A DNA stretch of 64,000 nt from an uncultured Acidobacteriaceae bacterium (GTDB lineage Bacteria > Acidobacteriota > Terriglobia > Acidiferrales > UBA7541), in NCBI GenBank assembly GCA_964542805.1, contig CAZIWR010000001.1, positions 2,600 through 66,599 on the forward strand. Reading direction: 5' to 3'. Numbering within the stretch: the stretch's first letter is position 1; every line of letters starts with the position of its first letter. This document shows, piece after piece, positions 63,946 to 64,000 of the stretch. The notes beneath the pieces were generated by a model that saw only the letters and a program-made list of their open reading frames with translations, had not been told where the DNA came from and made no database searches. A program made the translations under genes and the position numbers.

Positions 63946-64000
63946 CAGACGCAGCCGTCCGCGCCGCCAGATTTCCCCGGCGGAAAATTTAGCTGTGGCC

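Noticed and set aside
63946-64000. Possible 3' end of another minus-strand gene (TAA near 63988-63990)
   Set aside because: Only a few codons are visible, which is too little to annotate.

Overview
High-GC bacterial chromosome segment. The gene content and the short intergenic repeats suggest Acidobacteriota, but that is a low-confidence inference. I found no rRNA, tRNA, CRISPR array, transposase or integrase. I see four blocks.

(1) ~1-37.8 kb: a large Wzx/Wzy-type exopolysaccharide or capsule locus made of two convergent, translationally coupled operons.
- Minus strand, 36635 down to 21474: FecR-like head gene, Wza, Wzc-type tyrosine kinase, transaldolase, priming phosphoglycosyl transferase, heptose-pathway genes, several nucleotide-sugar oxidoreductases, and gmd plus an rmd-like gene.
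- Plus strand, 12379-21436: MurJ-like flippase, Wzy-like protein, three methyltransferase domains and three GT4 glycosyltransferases.
- Nearby: two tandem PilZ proteins, gmhA, a nucleotide-sugar dehydrogenase, a divergent PHP tyrosine phosphatase and wecB.

(2) 39.2-46.5 kb: housekeeping sulfur, one-carbon and amino-acid genes (HMT/MTHFR fusion, cystathionine beta-synthase, RidA, homoserine dehydrogenase), plus a GNAT and a YVTN propeller.

(3) 46.5-54.8 kb: the most interesting part, a RiPP-like cassette.
- Genes: SAM methyltransferase, PF14907-type nucleotidyltransferase, HprK-like kinase, PqqD-like chaperone and radical-SAM/SPASM enzyme.
- An unannotated 55-aa, 3-Cys ORF (50958-51125) overlaps the radical-SAM stop codon and ends in Ser. 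It is below the ORF-track size cutoff.
- Two secreted proteins and an S24/S26-type peptidase follow.
- No lasso cyclase is present, so this does not look like the lasso context in which the kinase/nucleotidyltransferase pair has been characterised.

(4) 54.9-64 kb: cyclophilin, Ser/Thr kinase, UDP-xylose synthase, UDP-glucose dehydrogenase, a bi-domain oxidoreductase and a heparinase II/III-like protein.

Many long ORFs in the track are antisense or out-of-frame shadows of these high-GC genes, and I rejected them. All domain calls rest on motif recognition by eye. No database search was run.
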